Positions 21,057 to 30,425 of a stretch of DNA of 43,448 nucleotides are shown here, piece after piece. Numbering within the stretch: the first letter of the stretch is position 1; every line of letters starts with the position of its first letter. The notes below the pieces were generated by a model that was not told where the DNA came from, did not search any database, and was given only the letters and a program-made list of their open reading frames with translations. Source of the DNA: Chloroflexota bacterium (GTDB lineage Bacteria; Chloroflexota; Anaerolineae; JAYEMR01); contig JAYEMR010000108.1 in assembly GCA_034718215.1 (NCBI GenBank), positions 1 to 43,448 on the forward strand. The letters are read 5' to 3'. A program made the position numbers and the translations under genes.

Positions 21057-22307
21057 ATGACCGAAGCGGCTGAGAAACCCTCCATCATCACAGAGGACCC
21101 AGGAGGTGACGAAGATAGTTCAACTCCAGGCTGGGTTCTACATCTCACAGTACTGCTCGCTGTCCTCATTGCCCTTCTTTGGCTGAGCCTCATACAGCCA
21201 TCCTCACCTGTGGTATCCTCTACCCCCATGAATTCAACCGTAGATGCCATCGCCCCTGAGCTCCCCTCCCCTTCTCTCGAAGCCTCCTCGGGCCCCGTCT
21301 GCCCGATGGATAGACCGGAAAATCTCACTGACCCCACCCTTCCCCCGACTGAGCCAAGCCAGTCGGATCAATGGGCCGGCGAGACTGATTGGGAATTTTC
21401 TCCTCTACTCTCCACGCCCACCACTGTGCCCCAGATAGGACAACGTCCGCGGCGTCCTCGTCTTCTCACCTCGCGAGGAGGAGCGCGCCCCACATCCGCA
21501 CCAGCCACTTTCACACTGATCCAAAACCCGGTGCCCCACACCATCATCCCCGATCGGCCCCGGCTGAAGGTGGTCACCTACACCGTCCAGTCTGGGGACA
21601 CACTTCTAGGCATTGCCCAGAAGTTCGAGCTTGATGCGGACACCATCATGTGGGCCAGCGGCCGGATGGAGGATCATCCCGACCTGTTGAAGGTAGGACA
21701 GATACTCACCATCCTGCCCGTGGACGGGGTCTACCACACGGTGCAGGAGGGAGACACGCTGGAGGGCATCGCCAAGAAGTATAAGGTGGATGTGGAGGCC
21801 ATCGCCCAATGCAAATATAACGATTTGAAAGAGCCGTACAAGCTCACGCCAGGCCAAAAGCTCATAGTGCCTGGGGGAGAGAAACCCTACACCCCGCGAG
21901 TAGTTCATGTCTACACCGGCAAGGTGCCAGCCGAGGCATCCAAAGGGACAGGGGTCTTTGGATGGCCAGTTAGTGGAGTTATCACTCAAAAGTTCTGGGC
22001 TCGCCATAAAGCTATTGACATCGGCGCGCCCACGGGAACGCCCATCGTAGCCGCAGATTCAGGATACGTGGCGATAGCCGGATGGAGCAATGTGGGGTAT
22101 GGCAGCTATATAGTCATTGACCACGGTAATGGATTCCAGACCTTATACGCTCACCTGAGCGCCATTCTAGTCGAAGTTGGCCAGTCGGTGGGCAAGGGAG
22201 AGAGAATCGGCTCCGTGGGCTCAACGGGGCACTCCACCGGCCCTCATCTCCATTTCGAGGTACGATACAGGGGTGTGCAACGCAATCCCTTTGGATATCT
22301 GCCCTAA
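21057..22307 (+). CDS. LysM-domain M23 family metallopeptidase
   Basis: TM helix, Pro-rich linker and two LysM repeats (YTVQSGDTLLGIAQKF, HTVQEGDTLEGIAKKY). M23 motifs HKAIDIGAP and GSTGHSTGPHLHFEV. Confidence 0.9.
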   Translation: MTEAAEKPSIITEDPGGDEDSSTPGWVLHLTVLLAVLIALLWLSLIQPSSPVVSSTPMNSTVDAIAPELPSPSLEASSGPVCPMDRPENLTDPTLPPTEPSQSDQWAGETDWEFSPLLSTPTTVPQIGQRPRRPRLLTSRGGARPTSAPATFTLIQNPVPHTIIPDRPRLKVVTYTVQSGDTLLGIAQKFELDADTIMWASGRMEDHPDLLKVGQILTILPVDGVYHTVQEGDTLEGIAKKYKVDVEAIAQCKYNDLKEPYKLTPGQKLIVPGGEKPYTPRVVHVYTGKVPAEASKGTGVFGWPVSGVITQKFWARHKAIDIGAPTGTPIVAADSGYVAIAGWSNVGYGSYIVIDHGNGFQTLYAHLSAILVEVGQSVGKGERIGSVGSTGHSTGPHLHFEVRYRGVQRNPFGYLP

Positions 22308-22362
22308 CCTACTACACACAGTCTGAAAACACAAGGGGCCTGATCCAGTCAGGCCCCTTTTC

Positions 22363-23097
22363 TCATGCCTGCTTCTCCACCACCAGGAAGTGAGAGAGGC
22401 CGATACACCGCAACGGAGTCTTCTCCAGAAAATAGGTCACCTTCCGCAGCACTCGCCCTAGAACGGGCCAGCGGGCGGCGATCTTATCGTAGCCAGGGAA
22501 TATCTGGGTGTTCACGAGCACCCTAATCGGCAGGCCGTCGAGGAGGCGGCGCAAGTCCCGTCTGGTGTAGGCCCGCACATGGGGAGCTAACCGGCCGCGC
22601 AGTGGGTCGGGCAGCCAGTTGATGAGCGGGATATTGCCGAAGTGATACTTCCCCTGCCAAAAGAACCCGTGTGTCTCCAAGGGATAGAGGCGGTTAGGGG
22701 CAAAGATGACCATCCGCCCTCCAGGGGCCAGCACCCGATAAACCTCCTGGATCGCTCTCCGATCATCCTCCACGTGCTCGATCACCTCATGTAGCAGCAC
22801 TACCTCGAAGAAGCCTGAGGCGAAGGGCAATCGCTCCGCGGGAGCGACCACAATGTTCGGCAGCAACCGCCGGGCCTGAGCGGCTCTTTCGGCGTCAACG
22901 TCCATCCCGTACACCCGCTCGCTGAAAGCCTGCATAGCTCGCGCGTACATCCCGACTCCGCAGCCGACATCCAGAATCCTCTTTCCCTCCAGAGGGGCAT
23001 ATCTTTGGATAAAGCCTAGGCGTCGTTCCTGCCCAAAGCGCCAGAGATAACTTGGATGCCCTAACGCAATGGATTTATCCTCCCTGCGGAGTGTCAT
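22363..23097 (-). CDS. class I SAM-dependent methyltransferase
   Basis: Motif I ILDVGCGVGMY, VYGMDVD and LAPGGRMVIF. Confidence 0.8.
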   Translation of the reverse strand: MTLRREDKSIALGHPSYLWRFGQERRLGFIQRYAPLEGKRILDVGCGVGMYARAMQAFSERVYGMDVDAERAAQARRLLPNIVVAPAERLPFASGFFEVVLLHEVIEHVEDDRRAIQEVYRVLAPGGRMVIFAPNRLYPLETHGFFWQGKYHFGNIPLINWLPDPLRGRLAPHVRAYTRRDLRRLLDGLPIRVLVNTQIFPGYDKIAARWPVLGRVLRKVTYFLEKTPLRCIGLSHFLVVEKQA

Positions 23098-23110
23098 AGA
23101 CAGCTTCTCC

Positions 23111-24988
23111 TCAGATATATTCAGCTAGATCGAGGGCCGGGGCGTGGGTCCCCTTCCAGTAGCGCACCAGGGCGCGCAGCTCGCTGTCGGGGACAAAGCA
23201 GCCCTGAATGCGCACCAGCTTGGAGGAATCAGGAGGCATGTACAGCATGTCGCCTTCCCCCAGGAGCTTTTCCGCGCCCTCTGTATCCAGCACCACCCGC
23301 GAGTCCACGCGGGAGGCAGTGGCGAAGGAGATGCGAGCTGGAAAATTGGCCTTGATCAGACCAGTCACCACATCTACACTGGGCCGCTGGGTAGCGATGA
23401 CAAGATGAATACCTGTGGCGCGTGCCATCTGAGCGATGCGGCAAACCAGCCGCTCCACCTCCTGAGGGGCAGCCACCATCAGGTCGGCCAGCTCGTCAAT
23501 CACCACGATGATGTAGGGTAGGCCTCGCTCACCACGGCTGGCCACGCGCTGATTGTAGTCCATCAGATGACTAGCTCCGATGTCGGCGAAGCGCTGGTAT
23601 CGCTCATCCATCTGGTGGGTGACCCATTTGAGGGCTTCCACCACTTGCTCCACTTCTACCATCACCGGCGCCAGGAGGTGGGGAATGCCATTGTAAAGGG
23701 TCAACTCCACCATTTTGGGGTCAACCATGATGAACTTCAATTGGTCTGGGGTGTTGTTGCAGAGCAAGCAGGAGACGATGGATTTGATGCAGACCGACTT
23801 CCCCGAGCCGGTTGCGCCGGCGATCAACAGGTGAGGCATGGTGGACAGGTCAGCCACCACCGGCCAGCCCGACACCTCGCGTCCCAAGGCGATTTTAAGC
23901 GGCGACTTCAACCGCTGGAACTCTTCTGATTCCATCACCCCTCGCAGGGAGACCAGAGCCGGCTGCGAGTTGGGTACCTCAATCCCCACCAGTGACCGCC
24001 CCGGGATGGGGGTCTCAATGCGGATGGGGGAAGCGGCCAAGGCTAGGGCCAAGTCATCCGCCCGAGCGCTGATCTGGCTGACCTTGACCTTCTTACGCTC
24101 GCCACTGCGCTGAGTGATGAAGCCTGGTTCCACGCCAAACTGGGTGACAACTGGCCCCTGATTAACCTCCATCACCGTGGCCGGCAGGCCGAAATGAGTC
24201 AGCGTCTTCTCGATGGTCCGCGCTCGACGGCGGATCTCAGTCTGGCTTACCTCTGGCTCTGGCGAGTCGGTCAGGATCTCGGCGATGGGAGGAAGCTCCC
24301 AATGCTCTCCACCAATGATACGAGGACGAGGGAAAAACATGCCTGGAGGGGCGCGGCGTGGAGAAGGTGAGGGAGCTGGAGAGGGCCTCTCGGATGAAGA
24401 TGGGGTGCTTTGAACAGGGGATGAGGATGCCCTCTCGCCTTGGGCCATCCTCCACTGCCGCAACCTCCGCCCCATCCGCCCCAGAATCGCTGCGATCTCC
24501 AGTGGAGAGAGGCTGAGCAAGAGAGAGATAGCCGCCCCGATCAATGCAAATAGGAGAATATAGCCTCCCCAATAGCCAAGGCTGCTGATCAACAAGCTGG
24601 ATAGGCGCCAGCCCAGGTATCCGCCGCCTCCTCCATAACGAGCGACCGCCTCCCTCTCAGCCCCAGGGATGAGGAGATGTGTCAGGGCCAGAAGCAGACA
24701 GGCCAGCACCACCGCGCCTGCCACCCGTTCCCAAGCCACGGCAGGAGAGCGGCCCATGCCTCTGAGTAGGAGCCACAGCCCCGTCGCCCCTAGTCCTATC
24801 GGCGCCAGGTAGACCCCCCACCCAAACCCCTGTCGCAGCAGGTGCAACCAGCCGCCGGTGACCATCCCCTGCCTGAAGGATACCAAGCTCAACAGGGTGA
24901 AGAGGGCGGCGATGACGAAGATGATGCCCATCACCTGGGGGCGAAATATGAAAAGTCTCCGACCCTTCTTCCGTTTAGCCATATTCAT
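23111..24988 (-). CDS. ftsK: DNA translocase FtsK
   Basis: 625 aa. N-terminal TM helices, linker, motor domain with Walker A LLIAGATGSGKSV and Walker B IIVVIDELADLM, and a C-terminal gamma-like end. Confidence 0.95.
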   Translation of the reverse strand: MNMAKRKKGRRLFIFRPQVMGIIFVIAALFTLLSLVSFRQGMVTGGWLHLLRQGFGWGVYLAPIGLGATGLWLLLRGMGRSPAVAWERVAGAVVLACLLLALTHLLIPGAEREAVARYGGGGGYLGWRLSSLLISSLGYWGGYILLFALIGAAISLLLSLSPLEIAAILGRMGRRLRQWRMAQGERASSSPVQSTPSSSERPSPAPSPSPRRAPPGMFFPRPRIIGGEHWELPPIAEILTDSPEPEVSQTEIRRRARTIEKTLTHFGLPATVMEVNQGPVVTQFGVEPGFITQRSGERKKVKVSQISARADDLALALAASPIRIETPIPGRSLVGIEVPNSQPALVSLRGVMESEEFQRLKSPLKIALGREVSGWPVVADLSTMPHLLIAGATGSGKSVCIKSIVSCLLCNNTPDQLKFIMVDPKMVELTLYNGIPHLLAPVMVEVEQVVEALKWVTHQMDERYQRFADIGASHLMDYNQRVASRGERGLPYIIVVIDELADLMVAAPQEVERLVCRIAQMARATGIHLVIATQRPSVDVVTGLIKANFPARISFATASRVDSRVVLDTEGAEKLLGEGDMLYMPPDSSKLVRIQGCFVPDSELRALVRYWKGTHAPALDLAEYI

Positions 24989-25230
24989 CCCTGATCACCA
25001 ATACTATAACGATCACGCCTCTATTTCAAGCTCATCGCCGAGGGAGAGCCGTCCTATTTGACAACGACCAATTCGCCGACGAGGTGCGCACTGACAAGCT
25101 GGGTAACCTCATTGCCCTAAAGCGGGGAGAGGGCCAGGGGCCACATCCTCGCGTCATGCTGGCTGGGCACATGGACGAGATTGGGCTGATGATCACCGCA
25201 TTCAAGGAAGGCTTCCTGCACTTCACCACG
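24899..25230 (+). repeat. direct repeat R1 (ftsK 5' end + ftsK/M42 spacer + internal M42 fragment, with a 159-bp deletion)
   Basis: 24899-25068 aligns to 26866-27035, and 25069-25230 aligns to 27195-27356. I count 6 mismatches in 332 aligned positions. R1 lacks the 27036-27194 segment. Confidence 0.9.
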
Positions 25231-25426
25231 CTGGGGCTTCTCCCTCGCCGTCTCCGATGAGATAACCCGGATTATATAGCATCCGTGTGTCAGCAGTATG
25301 GCAGGGATGTTACAGTTCTGAAACAGTGTGTTACGGTTTTGAACGCTATTCGACCTCCAAGGCAAAGCAAACGCCCTCGAAACACTGAGGAATAGCCTAT
25401 TGGGAACGAGGATCGCCAGGCCTGGG

Positions 25427-26776
25427 TCAAATGCCCAGCACCAACTTGGCGATGGTAAAGTAGATGAACAACCCCGTGGCGTCCACCAGGGTGTCCAGGG
25501 CTGGGGCTGAGGCCACCGTCGGGTCTATGCCTATCAACTCGGCGAGGAAGGGCAGGAGGGCACCAATAATGTTGGCACTCAGCACCACGGCCAAGAGGGC
25601 TGCGGCTGCCGTCATTGCCAATCCTATGTCCACCCCCCAGGTCAGAGCCCGAACCATGGTGATCGCCGCCAGGCCCACCCCCATGATCAGCCCGGTGGCC
25701 ATCTCGTGCCAGATAGTGCGCAGGAAGTCCTTGAGATCGAGCTGCCTCATCGCTAGGGCGCGGATGACGATGGTGATGGTCTGAGAGCCTGTATTGCCCC
25801 CCGTGCCGATGAGCAGGGGAATGAAGATGGAGAGGACCACCCTAGAGGCCAGCGCGTCCTCGAAATGGCGCATCACCTCGCCAGTCAGCGTGTGGGTGAC
25901 GAAGAGCAGCAGTAGCCAGCCAATACGCTTGCGGGCCATGGCCAGAGGGCTGACGGATAGGTAGGGCTGATCCAGAGGTCGGGAACCACCCAGCCGATGA
26001 ATGTCCTCCGTGGCCTCCTCCTCCAGGACCTCCACCAGGTCGTCCACGGTGATGACGCTCAGCAGGCGATCTCCCTCGTCCACCACGGGCAGGGCCAGCA
26101 GATCGTAGCGGGACATCAGCCGGGCGCACTCCTCCTGATCGGCGTCAGCTCGGACGAAGATCACGTCCGGGTCCATGAGCTCGCCCACCGGGGAGAAGGG
26201 ATGGGCTACGATGAGCTGACGCAGGCTCACCACACCACACAACACCCCCTCTCGATCCACGACGAAAAGATAGTAGGCGGTCTCCACCTCCGGAGCCCAG
26301 GAGCGGATGGCCTCGATGGCCTGCGTGGCCGTCATGCGCGGGCGCAGGGCCAGAAACTCGGAGGTCATCAGTCCGCCGGCCGTCTTGTCGGGGTGCAGGA
26401 GCAGGGGCTGTACCTCCTCCGGCTCGGCCATCTGGTCCAGTGCGGCAGTGACGCGGTCGGGGAGGAGATCGCCCAACAGGTCCGCTGCCTCGTCGGGCTG
26501 CATCTCATCCAGGATGGGCGCGAGTGTGCTCACATCCAGCACCTCGGCCAGTTCAGCCACCTCCGCTTCCGCCATTTTCTCCAGGATATCGGCCGCGTCC
26601 TCCACACCGATCTGAGGCAGTAGCTCCTGCTGCTGCGCCGTTGGCAGTTCAGCGAAGATGTCCGCCTGGTCGGGGGGGCGCAGCGATTCGATGAGGGCGA
26701 TGGCTCCCTCCAAGTCGTTGGCCGCTAGAAGGTTGTGAAGATGCGCTAGTGCCTCGGCGACGATGGGCTGTTCCAT
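25427..26776 (-). CDS. mgtE: magnesium transporter MgtE
   Basis: 449 aa. N-domain (PPDQADIFAELP), tandem CBS domains, and a C-terminal 5-TM domain (PLLIGTGGNTGSQ). AAGGGGG RBS upstream. Confidence 0.95.
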   Translation of the reverse strand: MEQPIVAEALAHLHNLLAANDLEGAIALIESLRPPDQADIFAELPTAQQQELLPQIGVEDAADILEKMAEAEVAELAEVLDVSTLAPILDEMQPDEAADLLGDLLPDRVTAALDQMAEPEEVQPLLLHPDKTAGGLMTSEFLALRPRMTATQAIEAIRSWAPEVETAYYLFVVDREGVLCGVVSLRQLIVAHPFSPVGELMDPDVIFVRADADQEECARLMSRYDLLALPVVDEGDRLLSVITVDDLVEVLEEEATEDIHRLGGSRPLDQPYLSVSPLAMARKRIGWLLLLFVTHTLTGEVMRHFEDALASRVVLSIFIPLLIGTGGNTGSQTITIVIRALAMRQLDLKDFLRTIWHEMATGLIMGVGLAAITMVRALTWGVDIGLAMTAAAALLAVVLSANIIGALLPFLAELIGIDPTVASAPALDTLVDATGLFIYFTIAKLVLGI

Positions 26777-26865
26777 AGGTTAACCCCCTTTGATTTCGAG
26801 TTTAGATAAATGAGCGCAGAGGATCCAAGAGCAATTGACCCCTGAGTGGATGCTGCAGAGTCTGG

Positions 26866-27356
26866 GAAGAGGGCGGCGATGACGAAGATGATGCCCATCA
26901 CCTGGGGGCGAAATATGAAAAGTCTCCGACCCTTCTTCCGTTTAGCCATATTCATCCCTGATCACCAATACTATAATGATCACGCCTCTATGTCAAGCTC
27001 ATCGCCGAGGGAGGGCCGTCCTATTTGACAACGACGATTAATAAGCGTATAATAGCCTTCCATATTCCCTAAAGGACGAAACCAGGAGGTTACTGATTAT
27101 GGAGGTGATACCCTTTTTGCGTGCTCTGTCGGAGGCGGCAGGTGTCTCAGGATATGAGAATAGCATCCGAGAGTTGGTAATTGAGAAGTTCAGCCAGTTC
27201 GCCGACGAGGTGCGCACTGACAAGCTGGGCAACCTCATTGCCCTAAAGCGGGGAGAGGGCCAGGGGCCACATCCTCGCGTCATGCTGGCTGGGCACATGG
27301 ACGAGATCGGGCTGATGATCACCGCATTCAAGGAAGGCTTCCTGCACTTCACCACG
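26866..27356 (+). repeat. direct repeat R2 (ftsK 5' fragment + spacer + promoter and 5' part of the intact M42 gene)
   Basis: Partner of R1. Its ftsK-derived part gives the chimeric track ORF 26746..26955, whose first 30 aa are identical to the FtsK N-terminus. Confidence 0.9.
27025..27053 (+). promoter_or_regulatory. consensus sigma-70 promoter TTGACA-N17-TATAAT
   Basis: -35 TTGACA at 27025-27030 and -10 TATAAT at 27048-27053. AGGAGG follows, then the ATG at 27099. Confidence 0.7.
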
Positions 27357-28172
27357 GTGGGGGGCATCGACCCCAGGGTGCTACTGGGGCAGGAGGTGGT
27401 CGTCCACGGGCGACGCAATCTGCCGGGCATCATCAGCAGCCGCCCGCCCCATGTGCTACCTGAGGAGGAGCGAGAGAAGCCTCGTCCGACGGAGAAGCTT
27501 TTTATTGACCTCGGACTGCCTCAGGAGGAGCTTACCCAATGGGTGCAGGTGGGCGACCTGGTCACCATTCAGCGGCGCTTCACCGAGCTGAAAAATGGCT
27601 GGGCGGCGGGCAAGGCATTTGACGATCGGGCGGCGGTGACAGCCATCGCCCTCTGCCTGGCCGAGCTGGCCCGGATGCGCCACGAGTGGGATGTGTATGC
27701 GGTGGCCACAGTGCAGGAGGAGGTGGGGCTGCGGGGAGCGATCACCAGCACCTACGACATCATGCCCCAGGTGGGCATCGCCATAGATGTGGGCTTCGGC
27801 GCTGGGCCGGGTCAGCCGGAGGGAAAGACCATCGAGATGGACAAGGGGCCAGCTATCGCCTTCGGCCCCAACATCCATCCTAAGGTCCATGAGGGGCTGG
27901 TGGAAGCGGCCCAGGTGTTGGAGATCCCCCATCAGATCGAGCCCATCCCTGGCAGGAGCGGCACCGATGCCTGGGCCATGCAGATCACCCGAGAGGGGAT
28001 CCCCACCGGGCTGCTCTCCATCCCTCTGCGCTACATGCACACTTCAGTGGAGACGCTGGTGATAAAGGACATCGAGCGCACTGGAAGGCTGCTGGCTGGA
28101 TTCATAGGGCGGTTGGATGAGGCCTTTATCAAGGCGCTGAATGAGCAACTCCAAACAGAGGAGGCAGCGTGA
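27099..28172 (+). CDS. M42 family metallopeptidase (glutamyl aminopeptidase / FrvX-like)
   Basis: 357 aa. GVSGYE, MLAGHMDEIGLMIT, AFDDRAAV, VQEEVGLRGA, and the C-terminal RYMHTSVE. Confidence 0.9.
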   Translation: MEVIPFLRALSEAAGVSGYENSIRELVIEKFSQFADEVRTDKLGNLIALKRGEGQGPHPRVMLAGHMDEIGLMITAFKEGFLHFTTVGGIDPRVLLGQEVVVHGRRNLPGIISSRPPHVLPEEEREKPRPTEKLFIDLGLPQEELTQWVQVGDLVTIQRRFTELKNGWAAGKAFDDRAAVTAIALCLAELARMRHEWDVYAVATVQEEVGLRGAITSTYDIMPQVGIAIDVGFGAGPGQPEGKTIEMDKGPAIAFGPNIHPKVHEGLVEAAQVLEIPHQIEPIPGRSGTDAWAMQITREGIPTGLLSIPLRYMHTSVETLVIKDIERTGRLLAGFIGRLDEAFIKALNEQLQTEEAA

Positions 28173-29209
28173 TTCTACAAGAACTATCCGAGGCTTTCGG
28201 TGTATCGGGGCACGAAAGCGCGGTCCGCGAAATCGTCCTGGAAGCCATCCAGGAAGATGTGGACAGCTATCAGGTGGACGCCCTGGGCAACCTCATCGCT
28301 TTTAAGAGAGCCCATTCGCAGTTCGCGATTCGCAATCCGCTCAAAGTAATGGTCTCAGCCCACATGGACGAGGTGGGGATCATGGTCACCCACGCCGATA
28401 AAAACGGGCGGTTGCACTTCGACGTCGTGGGTGGACTAGGTGCAAGGGTGCTGCTTGCCCAGCCAGTGGTTTTGGGCGATGATGGACTGTCGGGCGTGAT
28501 CGGCCTCAAGCCCATTCACCTGCAGGAGAAGGAGGAGCGAAAGAAGCTTCCCAAGGTGTCGGATCTGACCATTGACATCGGGGTTGCTGAGAAGGAGGAG
28601 GCGGAGAAGGCGGTCTCTAAGGGCACCTATGGTGCTTTCGCCACCCCCTTCACCGAGCTGGGCGGTGAACTACGAACGGTGAAGGGCAAGGCTTTCGACG
28701 ACCGAGCGGGATGCGCAGTGCTGATCGAGTTGCTGAAGGCGGACTATCCCTTCGATCTGTGGGCCGCCTTCACCGTGCAGGAAGAGCTGGGGCTGCGGGG
28801 AGCGCGGGTGGCTGGCTTTCGAGTGGATCCCGACGTAGCCTTCGTGTTGGAGGGCACTGTCTGCGACGATCTGCCCAAGGAGAGGGATGAGAGCCCCACG
28901 ACGGAGCTGGGCAAGGGGCCAGCTATCACTATCCGCGACCGTTCGGTGGTGTGCGATCCCCGGTTGATCAAGCATCTGGTGGAGGTAGCCAAGGCAGAGG
29001 ATATCCCCTATCAATTCAAGCAGCCGGGGATAGGAGGAACCGACGCGGGGGCGATCCACCTGGTCAAGGAGGGGGTACCCTCAGTCGTGGTCTCAGTCCC
29101 CAGTCGTTACATACATTCTCCGGTGAGCCTGTTGAGCCTGGTTGACTTCGAGAACACGGTGCGGTTGATGCAGGCGGCGCTCTCGCGCCTGCCGGAAAGC
29201 TGGACTTAG
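28169..29209 (+). CDS. M42 family metallopeptidase, tandem paralogue
   Basis: 346 aa. GVSGHE, VSAHMDEVGIMVT, AFDDRAGC, VQEELGLRGA, RYIHSPVS. The GTG start overlaps the upstream stop by 4 nt. Confidence 0.9.
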   Translation: MILQELSEAFGVSGHESAVREIVLEAIQEDVDSYQVDALGNLIAFKRAHSQFAIRNPLKVMVSAHMDEVGIMVTHADKNGRLHFDVVGGLGARVLLAQPVVLGDDGLSGVIGLKPIHLQEKEERKKLPKVSDLTIDIGVAEKEEAEKAVSKGTYGAFATPFTELGGELRTVKGKAFDDRAGCAVLIELLKADYPFDLWAAFTVQEELGLRGARVAGFRVDPDVAFVLEGTVCDDLPKERDESPTTELGKGPAITIRDRSVVCDPRLIKHLVEVAKAEDIPYQFKQPGIGGTDAGAIHLVKEGVPSVVVSVPSRYIHSPVSLLSLVDFENTVRLMQAALSRLPESWT

Positions 29210-30114
29210 ACGATCACCCGCAGCCCCTGGGGGATGACCTCCATCTCCAGCCGGTGGGCTGCGGTGCAGAGGATCTCCCCATCCGCGTGGGCCACCAGAT
29301 CATCCTCCGAGGTGATGACCACTCGCGTCGCGTGATCCATCGTGATCTTCGGCTCGTGGATGTGCGTGCCCTGTATGGCCTTGGGTAGGAAATCGAGGAT
29401 TTTGAGGCGGCTCATCTCATCGGCCAGGAAGACGTCAAAGAGGCCATCATCCACCTCGGCTTGAGGGGTGAGCAGGAAGCCGCCGGCGTAGCGTCGACCA
29501 TTGGATACGGAGATGAGCAGCGCTGGCTGGGTGTGCACCTCCTGGCCGTTGTTAATGGTCAGGGTGGGAATTTGATAGTGGAGGAGCAGGGTCTTGAGCA
29601 GGGCCCAGAAGTATAGGGCAAAGCCTCGCAGCCTCTTGATCTTGGTGCTCTCAACGGCCACCTGGGCATCGAAGCCGATCCCCACCCCATTGCCGAAATA
29701 GCGGTCTGGAAGGCCATCCACATGAACGAAGCCCAGGTCAATCACCCTGGTCTGCCCGGCGGCCAGATGTCCCACAGCAGCCTCCACATCCAGCGGGATG
29801 CCCACTCCGTAGGCGAAATCGTTCCCTGAGCCTACTGGAAGAACGCCCAGCGTCCCGGCTGGACCTGTCTTTTGAGCCTGCATCAGCCCATTGATCACCT
29901 CCTGGCTGGTGCCGTCCCCGCCCACAGCTACCACTGTCTCACAGCCAGCCTCAGCCGCCGCTTGCGCCAACTCGATGGCCTCCCCTGGATAGCTGGTGTA
30001 CTTCACGTCAAAGTCCAGCCCTCTCTCAGCCAGCAGGGGTAGGACCGCATCCGCCCTCTGGCGCGCCTTCCCCCGTGCGGCCGCTGGATTGACGATGACC
30101 TTCATTTTAGCCAT
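29206..30114 (-). CDS. diacylglycerol-kinase-family lipid kinase (YegS/BmrU type)
   Basis: 302 aa. VAVGGDGTSQEVINGL and LPVGSGNDFA motifs. Confidence 0.85.
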   Translation of the reverse strand: MAKMKVIVNPAAARGKARQRADAVLPLLAERGLDFDVKYTSYPGEAIELAQAAAEAGCETVVAVGGDGTSQEVINGLMQAQKTGPAGTLGVLPVGSGNDFAYGVGIPLDVEAAVGHLAAGQTRVIDLGFVHVDGLPDRYFGNGVGIGFDAQVAVESTKIKRLRGFALYFWALLKTLLLHYQIPTLTINNGQEVHTQPALLISVSNGRRYAGGFLLTPQAEVDDGLFDVFLADEMSRLKILDFLPKAIQGTHIHEPKITMDHATRVVITSEDDLVAHADGEILCTAAHRLEMEVIPQGLRVIV

Positions 30115-30123
30115 TGGTTTCCC

Positions 30124-30402
30124 TCACTCCTCTCCTGTGGTTTTTCCATCCTGACCGGCCTCCACCACGGCAGTGGTTAATGCCCAGCTAACCAGCCCCC
30201 AGGAGCCACCCGACAGGATTATAGCCATAGCCAGTCCTCGCCAGGAGAAGGGCTCGAAGGCGCCTCGCACCAGCCCGATGGCGGCCAGGATGGCGCCGAG
30301 AAGACCGCAGAAGATTCCCACCTTCATTGGCAAGTTGATCATCTCCCATATTTTTCGCCAGCAGGGCAACCGCAGAGAGTCGCCCCTACGATCGCTATCC
30401 AT
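30124..30402 (-). CDS. small hypothetical membrane protein (two predicted TM helices)
   Basis: Start moved to the ATG at 30402 to avoid overlapping recJ; 30342 is an alternative. The hydrophobic segments are VGIFCGLLGAILAAIGLV and LAMAIILSGGSWGLVSWAL. Confidence 0.4.
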   Translation of the reverse strand: MDSDRRGDSLRLPCWRKIWEMINLPMKVGIFCGLLGAILAAIGLVRGAFEPFSWRGLAMAIILSGGSWGLVSWALTTAVVEAGQDGKTTGEE

Positions 30403-30425
30403 CCCTGTTTCCCTTTCCAGGCCCC

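Noticed and set aside
25231-25426. The lower-GC 200 nt downstream of mgtE as a possible small RNA or tRNA remnant.
   Set aside because: I could not fold a cloverleaf or find conserved RNA motifs. There are only scattered GTAACA repeats.
26777-26865. An M-box (Mg2+) riboswitch upstream of mgtE.
   Set aside because: Only about 90 nt of unique leader exist before the duplicated ftsK fragment, and I could not find the conserved M-box core segments.
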